Source: Veleropilina oligotropha (taxonomy: Eukaryota). Taken from it: 64,000 nt of DNA. The position numbers and the translations under genes are program-made. The stretch is taken from assembly GCA_048128005.1 (NCBI GenBank), contig JBEUKZ010000019.1, positions 558,001 through 622,000 on the forward strand, in the 5' to 3' direction. Position 1 is the stretch's first letter, and every line of letters starts with the position of its first letter. Below, piece after piece: positions 13,654 through 22,549 of this stretch. The notes below the pieces were generated by a model. That model was not told the DNA's origin. It worked only from the letters and a program-made list of their open reading frames with translations, and searched no databases.

Positions 13654-14009
13654 GAACCCCCGCAGCCGGTAGATAACATAGAGAAGTAATGCCCGCGTTT
13701 ACCACGGCATAAGGACGGCTCAGCGCATTCGATGCAGACCACAGTATTTGGGTCGGGGGGAGCCCCCACCCCACACTCATTCTCTCCGATAACATAGTAG
13801 TGACACGACGGTGGGGCGACATCAGGGGGGTCTCCCAGGCGTAGTAGCAAGTTTCTTCGCAAGGGGTCGTGCCTTATATTGTACCGGGGGTGATTTCGGT
13901 ACCTAGCCCACGTATGTTCGAGAATTAATGCAGTGTTGAGCGTGGGGTGGGTGGAGACACCCCCTAGCCAGCACACCGCGGCAATGCACAGAAGTAGCAT
14001 GGATTTCAT
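13584..14009 (-). CDS. Viral secreted Cys-rich protein
   Basis: Signal-peptide-like MKSMLLLCIAAVCWLGGVST, many Cys, TATTAAA about 32 nt upstream on the minus strand. Confidence 0.6.
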   Translation of the reverse strand: MKSMLLLCIAAVCWLGGVSTHPTLNTALILEHTWARYRNHPRYNIRHDPLRRNLLLRLGDPPDVAPPSCHYYVIGENECGVGAPPDPNTVVCIECAEPSLCRGKRGHYFSMLSTGCGGSWSQIGQHSPCNCTLASGNYIFI

Positions 14010-14091
14010 GGTTGTCCAGATATCACTGTCGAGTTCTAGCTTTAATACGGGGGAGGGGGGTCCCCACCCACCCCACGCTCAACCTGGATGG

Positions 14092-14727
14092 TTAGTCGCC
14101 AGCCCCGATTTTTTTCAGTAGCTCGGCGCGTCCCTCTTTACGTCCACGCTCAATGAGCTCGGTTTGGGTCTGTGAAACCGCGGTGTGCGCCTTTAGACTT
14201 TTGAGACGCAGGGTGGCCTTCATTGTCCGATATTTTTCCATCTCCCCTGTGACCAGTTGGAATTCATCATCAGACATCACCCCGTCCGCTAAGGCCTTTG
14301 AGACGTGGTCGGTTATGGTGTTCAGCTTGCTTTCGGCCAGTACTCGAATCTCGTCGTGTTTCTTAGCCTTAACCTGGAGGCGCCGGCTGATGTACTTTCC
14401 ACCCATACTAGCGAGCCCACACCCCAACGCCGCTAGTTCCAGCACTAGGACAACAGGTGCGGCAACGATCGTGGACAGTAGACCGATGCCGGCGCTACCC
14501 ATACCTAGGGTCGCCACGACCAGGCCCGAATCAATTCCATCAATGACATTAACGCCTCGGCGGTACTTTTTGTACAGGGCGGCTCGAGCATCCCGTTCTC
14601 GTTCTAGCTGCCCCTGGAGCTCATTCACTTTCTGTAGTCGGAAAGACTGTGCCTCCGGAACTTCCGAAGGCACATCGCCACCAAGTTGTGGGTACAGCGT
14701 TGGCGCTGAGGGTTTGTTGTCCATCAT
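14092..14727 (-). CDS. Viral membrane-active helical protein (resembles the adintovirus 'gasdermin-X'-type ORF)
   Basis: LYPQL...FRLQKVNEL, a central hydrophobic hairpin, then KKHDEIRVLAESKLNTITDHVSKALADGVMSDDEF. Likely ATG at 14727 overlaps the upstream stop (ATGA). The family label is from recall. Confidence 0.6.
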   Translation of the reverse strand: MMDNKPSAPTLYPQLGGDVPSEVPEAQSFRLQKVNELQGQLERERDARAALYKKYRRGVNVIDGIDSGLVVATLGMGSAGIGLLSTIVAAPVVLVLELAALGCGLASMGGKYISRRLQVKAKKHDEIRVLAESKLNTITDHVSKALADGVMSDDEFQLVTGEMEKYRTMKATLRLKSLKAHTAVSQTQTELIERGRKEGRAELLKKIGAGD

Positions 14728-15074
14728 ACGTGGCTGTATTGTTCCGCCTGTTTGTTTAAAATGTCTACTGTAACGTTCAAATACAGGGTGCCTAGCCACG
14801 GGGCCTTGACGGTGAAGGCGAGGGTCAACTTGTCCGAGTCCAGGCCCATTTTATTTATGGAACACACTTTGGGAGCCCCCCCGGCCAGCTGGACCGGCGT
14901 CAGGTGGATCATTAGGAGGACTGGATTCAACCCAAACCGACCTCCAGTGTTTGGAATCATGAACTCCCTCCTCGCCAGGCCCTTGTTGGGCGCTTCCCCA
15001 CAACTAAGAACGAAGTGCCACTGGGTCGCTGAAGAGGGCTCATCTGCAAGCAGGGTCCCGTAGATGCTGCTCAT
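14724..15074 (-). CDS. Viral hypothetical 116-aa protein
   Basis: Start overlaps the penton stop (ATGA) and stop overlaps the next start (ATGA). Confidence 0.6.
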   Translation of the reverse strand: MSSIYGTLLADEPSSATQWHFVLSCGEAPNKGLARREFMIPNTGGRFGLNPVLLMIHLTPVQLAGGAPKVCSINKMGLDSDKLTLAFTVKAPWLGTLYLNVTVDILNKQAEQYSHV

Positions 15075-15798
15075 TGTATCGCAAGGACTGCGGTAATGGG
15101 CATGCCGTGATTGTCGATCGGGTTACTGTCTGCGTCTGTGACGTACACCTTCAACTCTGTGATTAGCCCGGCCGGCGGGATAGCTATGATAGTGGCCAGC
15201 TTCACCGAACATCTGCGACGTGATAGGGACCACCGCGAGAATAGTGCTCGGGGCGCCGTCCTTCACATTGTGCGTTGTACTGAGCTGCTCCAGGTGAACG
15301 TGTAGGGTTGGCGCTATGGCAAACCCGACAGGCATTATTCCCGTCATAAGTCCCAGGGCGTAGCCACTCGGATCTCTCCGGAGGGGGAGGTGGTTGGCCC
15401 TGTACTCCCCGAACCGGTTGGTTCAGATTCCCTGCTTTATCGAGAATAAACGAAGAGAGGTCTAAGCCGAGGAGTTTTCGTATATCGTCGCTTATCGCGA
15501 GTCGAGTCCCCTCTGGGACCACGATTCGGGCGAGCCCTGTAGCATGGCTTACATCTAGTTGTAGGTTAACTAGCGACCTCTTCATCGTCTTGGCGAGGTC
15601 ATCGAAGCTGTAGAAACCTGGTGCCACGTCGACCGTGGTATCGGGGGTCTTAAAGAAGGCTCCGGCATGCACGTTGTGCCAGCCTACCCAATAGTCGAGC
15701 GACTGCAAGCTGACACATAGCTTGCCGTCCCGGTTATCAATCGGCTCCAGGAGGGCAACCGCGGTCCCCTCTTGAACGTTTGTTAATGTGTGGAACAT
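15071..15798 (-). pseudogene. Probable minor capsid (penton, single jelly-roll) protein with two +1 frameshifts
   Basis: Reconstructed MFHTLTN...VAPGFYSFDDL...LLGL / LHVHLEQLSTTHNVKDGAPSTILAVVP...FGE / ITELKVYVTDADSNPIDNHGMPITAVLAIQ*. The PGxY and ITEL-V-D--G-PI pattern is typical of Polinton pentons. Shifts near 15337 and 15217. Confidence 0.7.
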
Positions 15799-15805
15799 AG
15801 TAGCT

Positions 15806-17098
15806 ATGGCTAAGAGCGCATTTGTGTTCAATAGGAGTGCGGCCTATCCGACCGGTGTGGTGTACCCAGCAAAGATCAAAGATGAGCAGCTTACGAGACC
15901 AAGCATCAATGTGGGTAATAGCTCAACCACTGCATTCGGGGCAGACTACCCCGACGTATTTCAAAAGTATCGCCTCCCTCACGTCGCTAGTGACGGGCTG
16001 ATAAGGGCTTGGCACAGCACACCGATGCGGTTCTGGCAGAACAAGGTCAACTTCGCAGTATGGTGTGCCACAACAGGTTCCGGGATCTCCTCAGAAGACC
16101 ACTTGAATGCTACTGCAGCCCTCTCCACTGCTGTATTCACCTTCCACGTCTACTATCAGGTCAGAAGGATCTTGACCGAGATTCAGGCGCCGCTGCCACA
16201 AGACCGGACGTGGGATGCATTCGACACCCCGTATGACCGAAGGGCATATGAAAAGATCTGCAGCGAATTCGGAGTGTCCCCACATACCGACTGGCGTGTC
16301 AAGGGTCCCAACGGCGGACTAGGCACCGCTTACAGCTACTGGACGAACAACGGCTACCACCCCATCGGACGTGAGTATGATCCAAGCCGAATGTCCTTCA
16401 CCAAAGGTACGACCAACACGAATCTGCACGTGGACTACATCGCGCAAGCGCCTGCGCTTAAAAACGGTTGGGCTACTTTTATTCTGGACAGGTCGGTGGG
16501 ATTCACGAGGGCCGGCGTGGAAAGGCTCAATGATTCCATCAGGACCTACGTCTGGGCTATTCTTGGAGCGCAGGCTCAAACGCGTGCAAGTATTCTGGGT
16601 AGTGGGACGGCATTTGACGCACAGAAACAGTTCCTGGCGAACGTGGAAGACGCCATCGCATCCCCCGTTGACCTCCCTGCTGCGATCCAACGGTACCAGG
16701 ACGTTTTGCAGTATGCCAGGTCTAAAGTAGACTTCGTATTCGGCGTCGGCCTTTACATGGCGCCAAGTGACATGCTCCTTCGGATCGGGCAGGTGGCTGG
16801 TTATAACAATGAGATCGTCGTTGCCACGGAAGCCCAGACCCTAGGTCTTAATACTACGGTGAACGCGGCCAATCCTGTGCCGCTCAACGCCACTGGGGAG
16901 ACTGGAGAAACAGGATTGGTCATCCCACAAGACGCCGTCTTACCCGCAGATGCGGTCACTCCGAAGCATCGTGGCTCTCTGCCGGCTGTGGCCCCAGTGG
17001 CAGCTGTTTCAGCTGGGGCAACCAAACATGACGAGGATAAAACCGCACTTATCGTGGGCGGCATTGTCGTTGGCCTAGCGTTCATTTGGCTTACGTGA
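15806..17098 (+). CDS. Viral ~430-aa protein of unknown function with C-terminal membrane anchor
   Basis: Long intact ORF; Pro/Ala-rich stalk, then terminal TM ALIVGGIVVGLAFIWLT. Confidence 0.75.
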   Translation: MAKSAFVFNRSAAYPTGVVYPAKIKDEQLTRPSINVGNSSTTAFGADYPDVFQKYRLPHVASDGLIRAWHSTPMRFWQNKVNFAVWCATTGSGISSEDHLNATAALSTAVFTFHVYYQVRRILTEIQAPLPQDRTWDAFDTPYDRRAYEKICSEFGVSPHTDWRVKGPNGGLGTAYSYWTNNGYHPIGREYDPSRMSFTKGTTNTNLHVDYIAQAPALKNGWATFILDRSVGFTRAGVERLNDSIRTYVWAILGAQAQTRASILGSGTAFDAQKQFLANVEDAIASPVDLPAAIQRYQDVLQYARSKVDFVFGVGLYMAPSDMLLRIGQVAGYNNEIVVATEAQTLGLNTTVNAANPVPLNATGETGETGLVIPQDAVLPADAVTPKHRGSLPAVAPVAAVSAGATKHDEDKTALIVGGIVVGLAFIWLT

Positions 17099-18404
17099 CC
17101 CACTGTCTAGCGGCAATAAGAAGCAAGCCCCCAACTGATATGACCAGTGCCCATAGGTTTTCAGCGAGCCACGATGCTGTCTTGCCAATCAGGTTGATTA
17201 GCCAGGAGACCAGGCTTCCAAGTATTCCTGGGAGCGCGGCTGCGGCCTTCCCTGCTAGTTTGCCTAGAATCCTTCCCAAGTTCTGCAGCTGCTTTTTGAC
17301 CCACTCCTTGACCCCCCCCTGACCACTGGGAGGTGGTGGTGGCGTTGGCGGGCTTGTTGCTCCACCTGTCAGGGCTAGTACCAAAGTCGAGATGGCGAGC
17401 CCGATAGCGGTCAGTATTGTTGCGATCGTAACCCCTTGCTCGCGGAACAGGGTCCGGATACGCTCGGCCAGCGTTGTGTCGGTGTTCAGGATCCGACTTA
17501 TCATCTCTCGGATCCGGCTGATTTGAGAGCGAAGGGCCTCCCGGCTTGATGATGCTGCCTCTAGGCGAGCTGCTCTTTCATCATTCAGGTCGCGCAGACG
17601 TTCCGCGATCCGTCGACGGATGAACTCATCCACACCGCCCTCTTCATCTGCCTGATCGAGCTTCATCTTCTCCAGCTCTATGTGTTCGTCCAGCGCCGTT
17701 AGTTTGGCTAGATTGTTGGTTAGTTCGCCTCGGATGGTCTGCATCGCCTTGTCAAGTCCGCGAAGCTCGCGAAGATTTAATGGAGGGTCCCCCATTGTGC
17801 CTAAGATCTCTTCAACCTCGGTATCAGTGAATTTCGTCTCCATCGTGTGGATTGCTACCGAGGCATCAGTAGCAGTCTGCCCCAAGTCCCGCAGTTCTAC
17901 GTTTTCGACATTAGCGGCCGCACCGCTCAACTCGTTGTCGGCTGTCTGAAGAGCTGCAACCGCTTTTGAGGACGGCTTTTGTCCCCCCCGCGTCCAGTGT
18001 ACAAACCCCAACCCTTCACGGATTGCATCACCCCCACCAGGCCGGCCAGCTATTGTTGACAACGCCAAGGGGTTGCCGGTGCGAGAATTTATGAGATTGA
18101 TGTCGGGGTAGTCCGTCATCACCAATTTCCCCCCCCTCCCTAATTTTCCCCTCACATACTTGAATTTTGAATAATCTCGCCCTGCCGCGGGGGTCTGCCC
18201 CTCCTGTGCCAGGGCTTTGTAGTAGTCGTCAACTACGCCCTGAACGAGCTCTTGCTGAAGACTGCTGGTTCCTTCCTGTGGCCGTTCCGAAAGAACAGGC
18301 ATAAACCGGTCGGTGGATAGATCCACATCAGTATCGTCGATGATGGTATCATCGTTGTCGATGAGATCGTCCGGCTCGAATGCGGGGTTCTCGAATTCCG
18401 CCAT
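17091..18404 (-). CDS. Viral 437-aa coiled-coil plus membrane protein
   Basis: Acidic N-terminus, long heptad region (LRGLDKAMQTIRGELTNNLAKL...), TM segment, poly-Pro hinge, amphipathic helices and terminal TM. Confidence 0.75.
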   Translation of the reverse strand: MAEFENPAFEPDDLIDNDDTIIDDTDVDLSTDRFMPVLSERPQEGTSSLQQELVQGVVDDYYKALAQEGQTPAAGRDYSKFKYVRGKLGRGGKLVMTDYPDINLINSRTGNPLALSTIAGRPGGGDAIREGLGFVHWTRGGQKPSSKAVAALQTADNELSGAAANVENVELRDLGQTATDASVAIHTMETKFTDTEVEEILGTMGDPPLNLRELRGLDKAMQTIRGELTNNLAKLTALDEHIELEKMKLDQADEEGGVDEFIRRRIAERLRDLNDERAARLEAASSSREALRSQISRIREMISRILNTDTTLAERIRTLFREQGVTIATILTAIGLAISTLVLALTGGATSPPTPPPPPSGQGGVKEWVKKQLQNLGRILGKLAGKAAAALPGILGSLVSWLINLIGKTASWLAENLWALVISVGGLLLIAARQWVT

Positions 18405-18440
18405 TTGAATACATCAGTGGGATACGCATCTAATTCAGCC

Positions 18441-19742
18441 ATGACTAGCGTGTACGGACGCAAGCTTAATCCATACCGCAGACTGCGTGAGCCCCTCGCG
18501 GTCAAGGGTATTCGCCAGTCGGTGACCATAACAAACAATCCATCAACGATTTCCGCCAACCAGCAGCTCCTGGTTCGATTCCCTAATCTCGGGGCGAATG
18601 ACGTGATCGTTCCAGGGACTGCCCACCTCGCATTTACCATCTCTCTGACCTCGGTAAATGCGAATAGGACTGTAGTGCAAAATATCGGCCGTGCCGTGAT
18701 CAGAAAGACCACGATAAAGATAAGTGGAAACGAGATCATGTCGATTGACGACTCCGACGTGTACCACTGCTACTGCGATCTCTGGAAGACCACAGGGGAG
18801 CGCAAGAACGCCCAGTACCAGGGGATTGATACCAGCGATGGACACAACACTACGAAGCATCGTGTTGGTGCGGCAGACGCCTTTAGACTGTCTGAGGATG
18901 TCGCGGTCGCGGCCGCGTACGGTAACCGATTCCGCATCCCGCTGGATTTCGAGCTGTTGGAAAGTCACATGCCATTCTATCAAAGCGCCCTTGGAGACCG
19001 TCTCGAGTATGAGCTAACGTTCAACGACTACTCCCGGACTATCCGGGAGACGGACGACTCCGGTTCCAGCTATTCCATCGACAATATATCCCTCGAATAT
19101 GACATGGTAACCCAATCCGAGCTTGCCAGACGGATTCGAAATCAATACCAGGGTCAACTCGTAATCCTGTACGACCGTGTTCTCCGGCATCGGAAGCTCA
19201 CCCTAGACAAGAGCGACTCGTTGTGGAATATGAATGTGAACGTACCGGCGAGGTCGATGAAAGGAATACTACTGTTGTTCGAGGACCCTGCGAGAGACGC
19301 CGCGCCATTCTCTCGCGATACTGAGGCCTTCTATAATCCGAAGATCACAAAGGTCGAGGTCACAATCGAGGGTGTCCCGAATCAAATCTACAGCCAGGGC
19401 ATGCGAACATACCAGATCTGGGAAGAAGCCAAGAAAATGTTCGCCTCCGGCAGCAGTAAGCGGCATCCTGAGGTCGCGATGGTCGCAAAGGACTTGGAGA
19501 TGGCAGACGTCACCCTGGGCGAATTTCTGACTAAGAAATTTGCGCTCTGGATCGATATGCGGGTAACTGACGACGATCAGTTGCACGGGTCAGGCCGGAG
19601 GGTCGAGAACGCCAGCGAAGGCATTACTATTCAGATCACTAAAACAGCCGAAGCGGCCGGTCCACTGAACGTCTACGAGTTCGTGATCATGGACGCACAG
19701 CTGAATATCGAGAATGGCCGATTCGTCGAAGCACTGTACTAA
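18441..19742 (+). CDS. Probable major capsid protein (double jelly-roll)
   Basis: ~433-aa beta-rich ORF directly upstream of the packaging ATPase; size and position fit a Polinton/PLV MCP. Fold is inferred, not computed. Confidence 0.7.
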   Translation: MTSVYGRKLNPYRRLREPLAVKGIRQSVTITNNPSTISANQQLLVRFPNLGANDVIVPGTAHLAFTISLTSVNANRTVVQNIGRAVIRKTTIKISGNEIMSIDDSDVYHCYCDLWKTTGERKNAQYQGIDTSDGHNTTKHRVGAADAFRLSEDVAVAAAYGNRFRIPLDFELLESHMPFYQSALGDRLEYELTFNDYSRTIRETDDSGSSYSIDNISLEYDMVTQSELARRIRNQYQGQLVILYDRVLRHRKLTLDKSDSLWNMNVNVPARSMKGILLLFEDPARDAAPFSRDTEAFYNPKITKVEVTIEGVPNQIYSQGMRTYQIWEEAKKMFASGSSKRHPEVAMVAKDLEMADVTLGEFLTKKFALWIDMRVTDDDQLHGSGRRVENASEGITIQITKTAEAAGPLNVYEFVIMDAQLNIENGRFVEALY

Positions 19743-20346
19743 ACGATTTCCGCACACCAAGGACCCCCACTCCGCAATCATCTGCGGCCAGACCGGTTGT
19801 GGTAAGACGGTTTTCATGCTTGAACTGCTGGAGGGGGAGTATCGAGGCGTCTTCCGGCATATCGTGGTCCTCTGCCCCACGATCAAGTACAACAAAGCAT
19901 ACCAGTCTTGTCCGTGGATCTGGACCGACCCTGAGGTGTATTTGATCCCCCCGGGTGAGCGACTCCATGACTGGCTGCGGGGGTTCTACCGGCTGTTTCA
20001 GGGGGAGTCGACTCTGTACATAATCGACGACTGCGCCGCCAGCAAAGCTATGGCAAAAAAACGGGACATGCTGACTTTGTTGGCCTTCAGCGGCAGGCAT
20101 GCCGAACAGAGCGTATGGGTAGTGACGCAAAAGTACAACTCGGTCTTGAAGGAGCTCAGAGAGCAGACCCGCTGGGTCGCGCTGTTCCATTGCAAGGACC
20201 GCGACAGTTTCGAGGACTGTCTGCGCGAGAACGATGTAATCCCGTCGCAGGATGAACGGACCGAGGTTCGCCGGCTGTTGGCCGAGACACGACACGCTAA
20301 GCTTCTGTTGAAAACTGATCAGCCCGTTGCTTATAGTGTGCTATAG
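19714..20346 (+). CDS. A32/FtsK-like genome-packaging ATPase
   Basis: Walker A GQTGCGKT, Walker B YIIDDC, SGRH arginine motif, VTQKY. Confidence 0.9.
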   Translation: MADSSKHCTKRFPHTKDPHSAIICGQTGCGKTVFMLELLEGEYRGVFRHIVVLCPTIKYNKAYQSCPWIWTDPEVYLIPPGERLHDWLRGFYRLFQGESTLYIIDDCAASKAMAKKRDMLTLLAFSGRHAEQSVWVVTQKYNSVLKELREQTRWVALFHCKDRDSFEDCLRENDVIPSQDERTEVRRLLAETRHAKLLLKTDQPVAYSVL

Positions 20347-20387
20347 CTACCCAGCAGATGCTAAGTAGCTGCCCAGCAAGCTCTCGC

Positions 20388-21155
20388 ATGTCGGACGCTG
20401 TATATCTAGCTTTTGCTTTCAGCCAGAGCCTGATCTTGCTCCTACTCGCTACATTGTGGTATTGGATTTACAGTTATATTAGACCGGTGAGGCGATGCTG
20501 GAAACGCTTCAGGATGGACAGCCTCATCGATCAACTCATGGATGACGAACAAGAAACGACCATCAACAGCTGTCGCTTGACTCCCGATGGCAAGGAACCT
20601 GTCAGTAACAGTGGAGTCGCAAGTTCCGTTTGCGCGGCAAAGCGCGAGAGGCTTGCAGCCTTAGCCGTTGGAGGACAGGCCCACCGATACATGGGGCGTA
20701 ACCTCACAGTGGACCGGATAGACGACATGACTGACGACGAGGTCGAAAAGCACCACGCGAGGTATGAAGCGAAACTCGGTGCCGATGTGACGAAGACTCT
20801 GGGGACTTCAGCTATTCATCTCTACACGGGGGCAGCTGGGATGTTCCTGCCCATTCCACCAGCAAACCAGCTACGACTGATCGCCGACCTGGAGGCCGAC
20901 CCGTTCATCTCACATGCCCTGACCACTGCAAGCTGTGAGCTGTATTATAAATATGGCATGTACCTCGCACCGCTGACCGCAGCGTTGACCACGGCTAAGC
21001 ACTGCCAATTTGGACATGTTTGCCCGCCTAAGATACCAGAGCGAGGGCGAGATCAAGATGACAACGCTGGAAGTGGACCAAGTGATCGAGAGCCAGCCGA
21101 TCGAGAGCCAGCCGATAGAGAGGGTGACTTCTTCGACGGACTCATCAGTGAGTAA
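20388..21155 (+). CDS. Viral hypothetical protein with N-terminal TM; possible internal start at 20514
   Basis: Hydrophobic LILLLLATLWYWIY segment, then an MDSLIDQL... helical domain. Confidence 0.65.
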   Translation: MSDAVYLAFAFSQSLILLLLATLWYWIYSYIRPVRRCWKRFRMDSLIDQLMDDEQETTINSCRLTPDGKEPVSNSGVASSVCAAKRERLAALAVGGQAHRYMGRNLTVDRIDDMTDDEVEKHHARYEAKLGADVTKTLGTSAIHLYTGAAGMFLPIPPANQLRLIADLEADPFISHALTTASCELYYKYGMYLAPLTAALTTAKHCQFGHVCPPKIPERGRDQDDNAGSGPSDREPADREPADREGDFFDGLISE

Positions 21156-21549
21156 AAAGGACCCGAAAAAAGTGGCTGCAGGGAGGGCCGGCGCTGCTGC
21201 TCGAAAAGCCAAGCAGGAGAAGCTACTGGCCGCGGTTCGAAAAATGAAAGAAGACCTGAGTGCCCCAACAAGTGTTGTCGTTCCATCAGAACAGCCCGGG
21301 GAGGCGGTTCCAGCCGCAGAAAGACCGCGTGCGCCAGATACACGGAAATCGGACCTATTTAATTGGACCCAGGTAGCCGTCGCTGCCGGTACGGTTGCGT
21401 TGGTATTTGTTGTCTGGAAGACGTCCTCAGAACGCAGCAACCCTGGTCCATCCACACCACATCAACAGCCACCAGACGCGGACGCTAGGCAGCCTCGGGC
21501 CGCCCCCACTATCGAATTGAAGAAGCAGAACCCTTTTCATATGCAATAG
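21058..21549 (+). CDS. Viral basic/Ala-rich protein with a TM segment
   Basis: KKDPKKVAAGRAGAAARKAK basic motif; VAVAAGTVALVFVVW TM. Confidence 0.65.
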   Translation: MTTLEVDQVIESQPIESQPIERVTSSTDSSVSKKDPKKVAAGRAGAAARKAKQEKLLAAVRKMKEDLSAPTSVVVPSEQPGEAVPAAERPRAPDTRKSDLFNWTQVAVAAGTVALVFVVWKTSSERSNPGPSTPHQQPPDADARQPRAAPTIELKKQNPFHMQ

Positions 21550-21578
21550 TCGCAAATCAATAGTACTAATCAACAGTT

Positions 21579-21818
21579 ATGACTACCCCAATCACTGATG
21601 GAAAGATGCTCGGCAACGCTGTATACCACGCCGCTATAGTGTCAGGCCTCGCCATAGGCTACGCACGCCTGACAAAGATGGTATTCAAGGGAGCGAGCCC
21701 CAAGCTGGACTTCACGGGTTACGATGTTGGGATGGTCGTCCTCGACGTAGCGCTTGCCATGGCGACGAAAGACATGCTGATCAAGCAAGGCATCATACCG
21801 GCCGACGTTTTGAAGTAG
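21579..21818 (+). CDS. Viral small hydrophobic protein (79 aa)
   Basis: Clean ATG ORF with two hydrophobic helices, in the co-oriented cluster. Confidence 0.7.
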   Translation: MTTPITDGKMLGNAVYHAAIVSGLAIGYARLTKMVFKGASPKLDFTGYDVGMVVLDVALAMATKDMLIKQGIIPADVLK

Positions 21819-21848
21819 TGGGACCTGCTAGATAATCGCAGCATTTCA

Positions 21849-22277
21849 ATGGCTTCCATTGCAATGCTGGTTGGGGGCGCTCTCGTCAACGCCCTCGCCT
21901 TCAGCGGGTCCAACTTCCTCTTCTCGAAGCTACGCAGCTCCGGTGTCGACGAGGAGCGTAAACGCCACGACAAAGCCGTAGAACAGCTCAACGCTGCTCA
22001 GACTAAATGGTCCCAGAAGCGGGCAGAGCGTCTCGATTGGCTGAACGTTGAACTTCGCCGCCAGGGTCACGCTGTTGGCACATTCCGGGATGTTGACGCC
22101 GCGATCCGTGAGTATGCATTGATCACCGGCAAGAACCTTGACCCCGGCCTGGGGGGTGGCCCTGAGCCCGCCCTGTCTGACTACTACACGCCTAGTGATG
22201 GCCAGAAGGGACGTGAGATCACCTTCATCATCCTGGGGATGGCTGCGACCGGGTTGGTAGCCTACAAGCTCGCCTAA
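21849..22277 (+). CDS. Viral 142-aa membrane protein
   Basis: Hydrophobic N-terminus MASIAMLVGGALVNALAF, charged coil, C-terminal TM. Confidence 0.7.
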   Translation: MASIAMLVGGALVNALAFSGSNFLFSKLRSSGVDEERKRHDKAVEQLNAAQTKWSQKRAERLDWLNVELRRQGHAVGTFRDVDAAIREYALITGKNLDPGLGGGPEPALSDYYTPSDGQKGREITFIILGMAATGLVAYKLA

Positions 22278-22318
22278 TTATTTCCAGTGGACATTTTTTT
22301 TCGTGGGCATGTATAGTA

Positions 22319-22549
22319 ATGGGGCTCCCAGAAGAGCTGTACTGCGCCATGCTTGCGGTCAGCGGGGTGGGCCTTAGTACTACGTCACTCGACTGCTGGC
22401 GCCGCGACGAAAAGACTATGGTGCGGTTCGCAGTCCTGGTGCTCTCGGGCCCGACCAACCTTCGGGCGACGACTGCGCAGCGACCGGCTCCGGAAGCTGA
22501 AGCCTGTTGGAGACTGATCAGTTTACTGGAATACATTGCTGATGGATAG
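22319..22549 (+). CDS. Viral hypothetical 76-aa protein
   Basis: Fills the gap before the integrase and its stop overlaps the integrase start. Confidence 0.45.
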   Translation: MGLPEELYCAMLAVSGVGLSTTSLDCWRRDEKTMVRFAVLVLSGPTNLRATTAQRPAPEAEACWRLISLLEYIADG

